A stretch of DNA of 17,126 nt from a bacterium (GTDB lineage Bacteria > SZUA-182 > DTGQ01 > JAFGSM01): positions 1 through 17,126 of the forward strand of contig JBLIRN010000056.1 in NCBI GenBank assembly GCA_049472315.1, in the 5' to 3' direction. The translations under genes were made by a program, and so were the position numbers. Below are positions 16,588 to 17,126 of the stretch, one piece after another; the stretch's first letter is position 1, and the number at the start of each line of letters is the position of its first letter. The notes under the pieces were generated by a model, which saw only the letters and a list, made by a program, of their open reading frames with translations, did no database searches and was not told where the DNA came from.

Positions 16588-16737
16588 CGCCCGATTCTCC
16601 TTCCCAATGTCTCCGCTGTTCCTTACCTAGTATTCGGATATTCGGATAATTGCCTGATTCGATATTCACCGTATCTCTCTATCGATACACTGTGTAAAAA
16701 AATACAATGTATTTCCATTTTTATTCATAAGTTATCA

Positions 16738-16766
16738 ATTATGCCATCATTCAAGGGGATTGTCAA
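16738..16766 (-). promoter_or_regulatory. Sigma70-type promoter of the rplC-led operon
   Basis: On the minus strand: TTGACA (16766-16761), 17-nt spacer, CATAAT (16743-16738). Confidence 0.7.
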
Positions 16767-16781
16767 GATAAACCCTCATCC

Positions 16782-17126
16782 CCAAAATCCGAGATCCCTT
16801 TAAATCATAGCGAGGTTTTTCTGATTTCAAGCCTAAAAGATAGTCAAAAATCAGTAGGCATTCCGAAAGCGGGTTATGTTTTCATTCTCAGCTCATAGCA
16901 TAGCCTCTTAAAATGGTTTTTGGGCATAGCTCTCCATATACGTATTAGATAATCTACCGAAAGGATATTTATTGCTATGTCTTGGCAAATTCCCATATCC
17001 TTAAGCGAATATCATTAAAAAGCTGGCAAAAGCGTCTGTGCAGTTTAAGAAATATTTGATTCTTATGGTACACGATCTTTCCTGCTATGTGATAAAGCCG
17101 CCAGCGTATCGTCTGCACCTGGTGCC
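16782..17126 (-). mobile_element. Right end of a probable IS1380-family insertion sequence
   Basis: Transposase C-terminus, then about 180 bp of AT-rich DNA, then a candidate terminal IR CCAAAATCCGAGAT (16782-16795) resembling the CC-x-x-AT termini of this family. The exact end is uncertain. Confidence 0.6.
16975..17126 (-). CDS. C-terminal fragment of a probable IS1380-family transposase (runs off the window)
   Basis: Manual translation from 17124 gives HQVQTIRWRLYHIAGKIVYHKNQIFLKLHRRFCQLFNDIRLRIWEFAKT*, resembling the T(I/L)RxxLxxxAGKxVxH...xLK C-terminus of IS1380 transposases. It is absent from the ORF track because there is no start codon in the window. Confidence 0.75.
   Translation of the reverse strand, partial: HQVQTIRWRLYHIAGKIVYHKNQIFLKLHRRFCQLFNDIRLRIWEFAKT

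Noticed and set aside
16588..17126. rpsJ or another S10-operon remnant upstream of rplC
   Set aside because: No S10-like peptide was seen; the only convincing coding fragment is transposase-like.
1..17126. CRISPR array, tRNA, rRNA or known riboswitch
   Set aside because: No regularly spaced repeats or recognisable RNA signatures were seen by eye; an Rfam scan would be needed to exclude weak hits.

Overview
Bacterial window with GC-rich coding DNA and AT-rich spacers, in three blocks. (1) Bases 1-4741 (+): two tandem, closely related large proteins of unknown function with Ig/cadherin-like C-terminal modules. The first is cut by the window edge; the second has a signal peptide. Each is followed by a related terminator. 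Between them lie a perfect sigma54 promoter, a long leader and a small secreted Tyr/Pro-rich low-complexity protein. (2) Bases 5022-8163 (+): a GH57/DUF3536 glycoside hydrolase and an Hsp20. (3) Bases 8287-16587 (-): a tightly packed operon that starts with ribosomal protein L3 (rplC), detached from rpsJ and rplD. It continues with an ADP-forming acyl-CoA synthetase, a DRTGG/Pta-N-terminal protein, a PfkB kinase, a divergent PurN-like formyltransferase, a DxE-type HAD hydrolase and a DUF1015 protein. The last ~345 bp hold the 3' end of a probable IS1380-family element that the ORF track missed. The best candidates for undescribed biology are the orphan-rplC-led metabolic operon and the sigma54-driven secreted paralog locus. 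All family calls come from motif recognition by eye; no database search was run.
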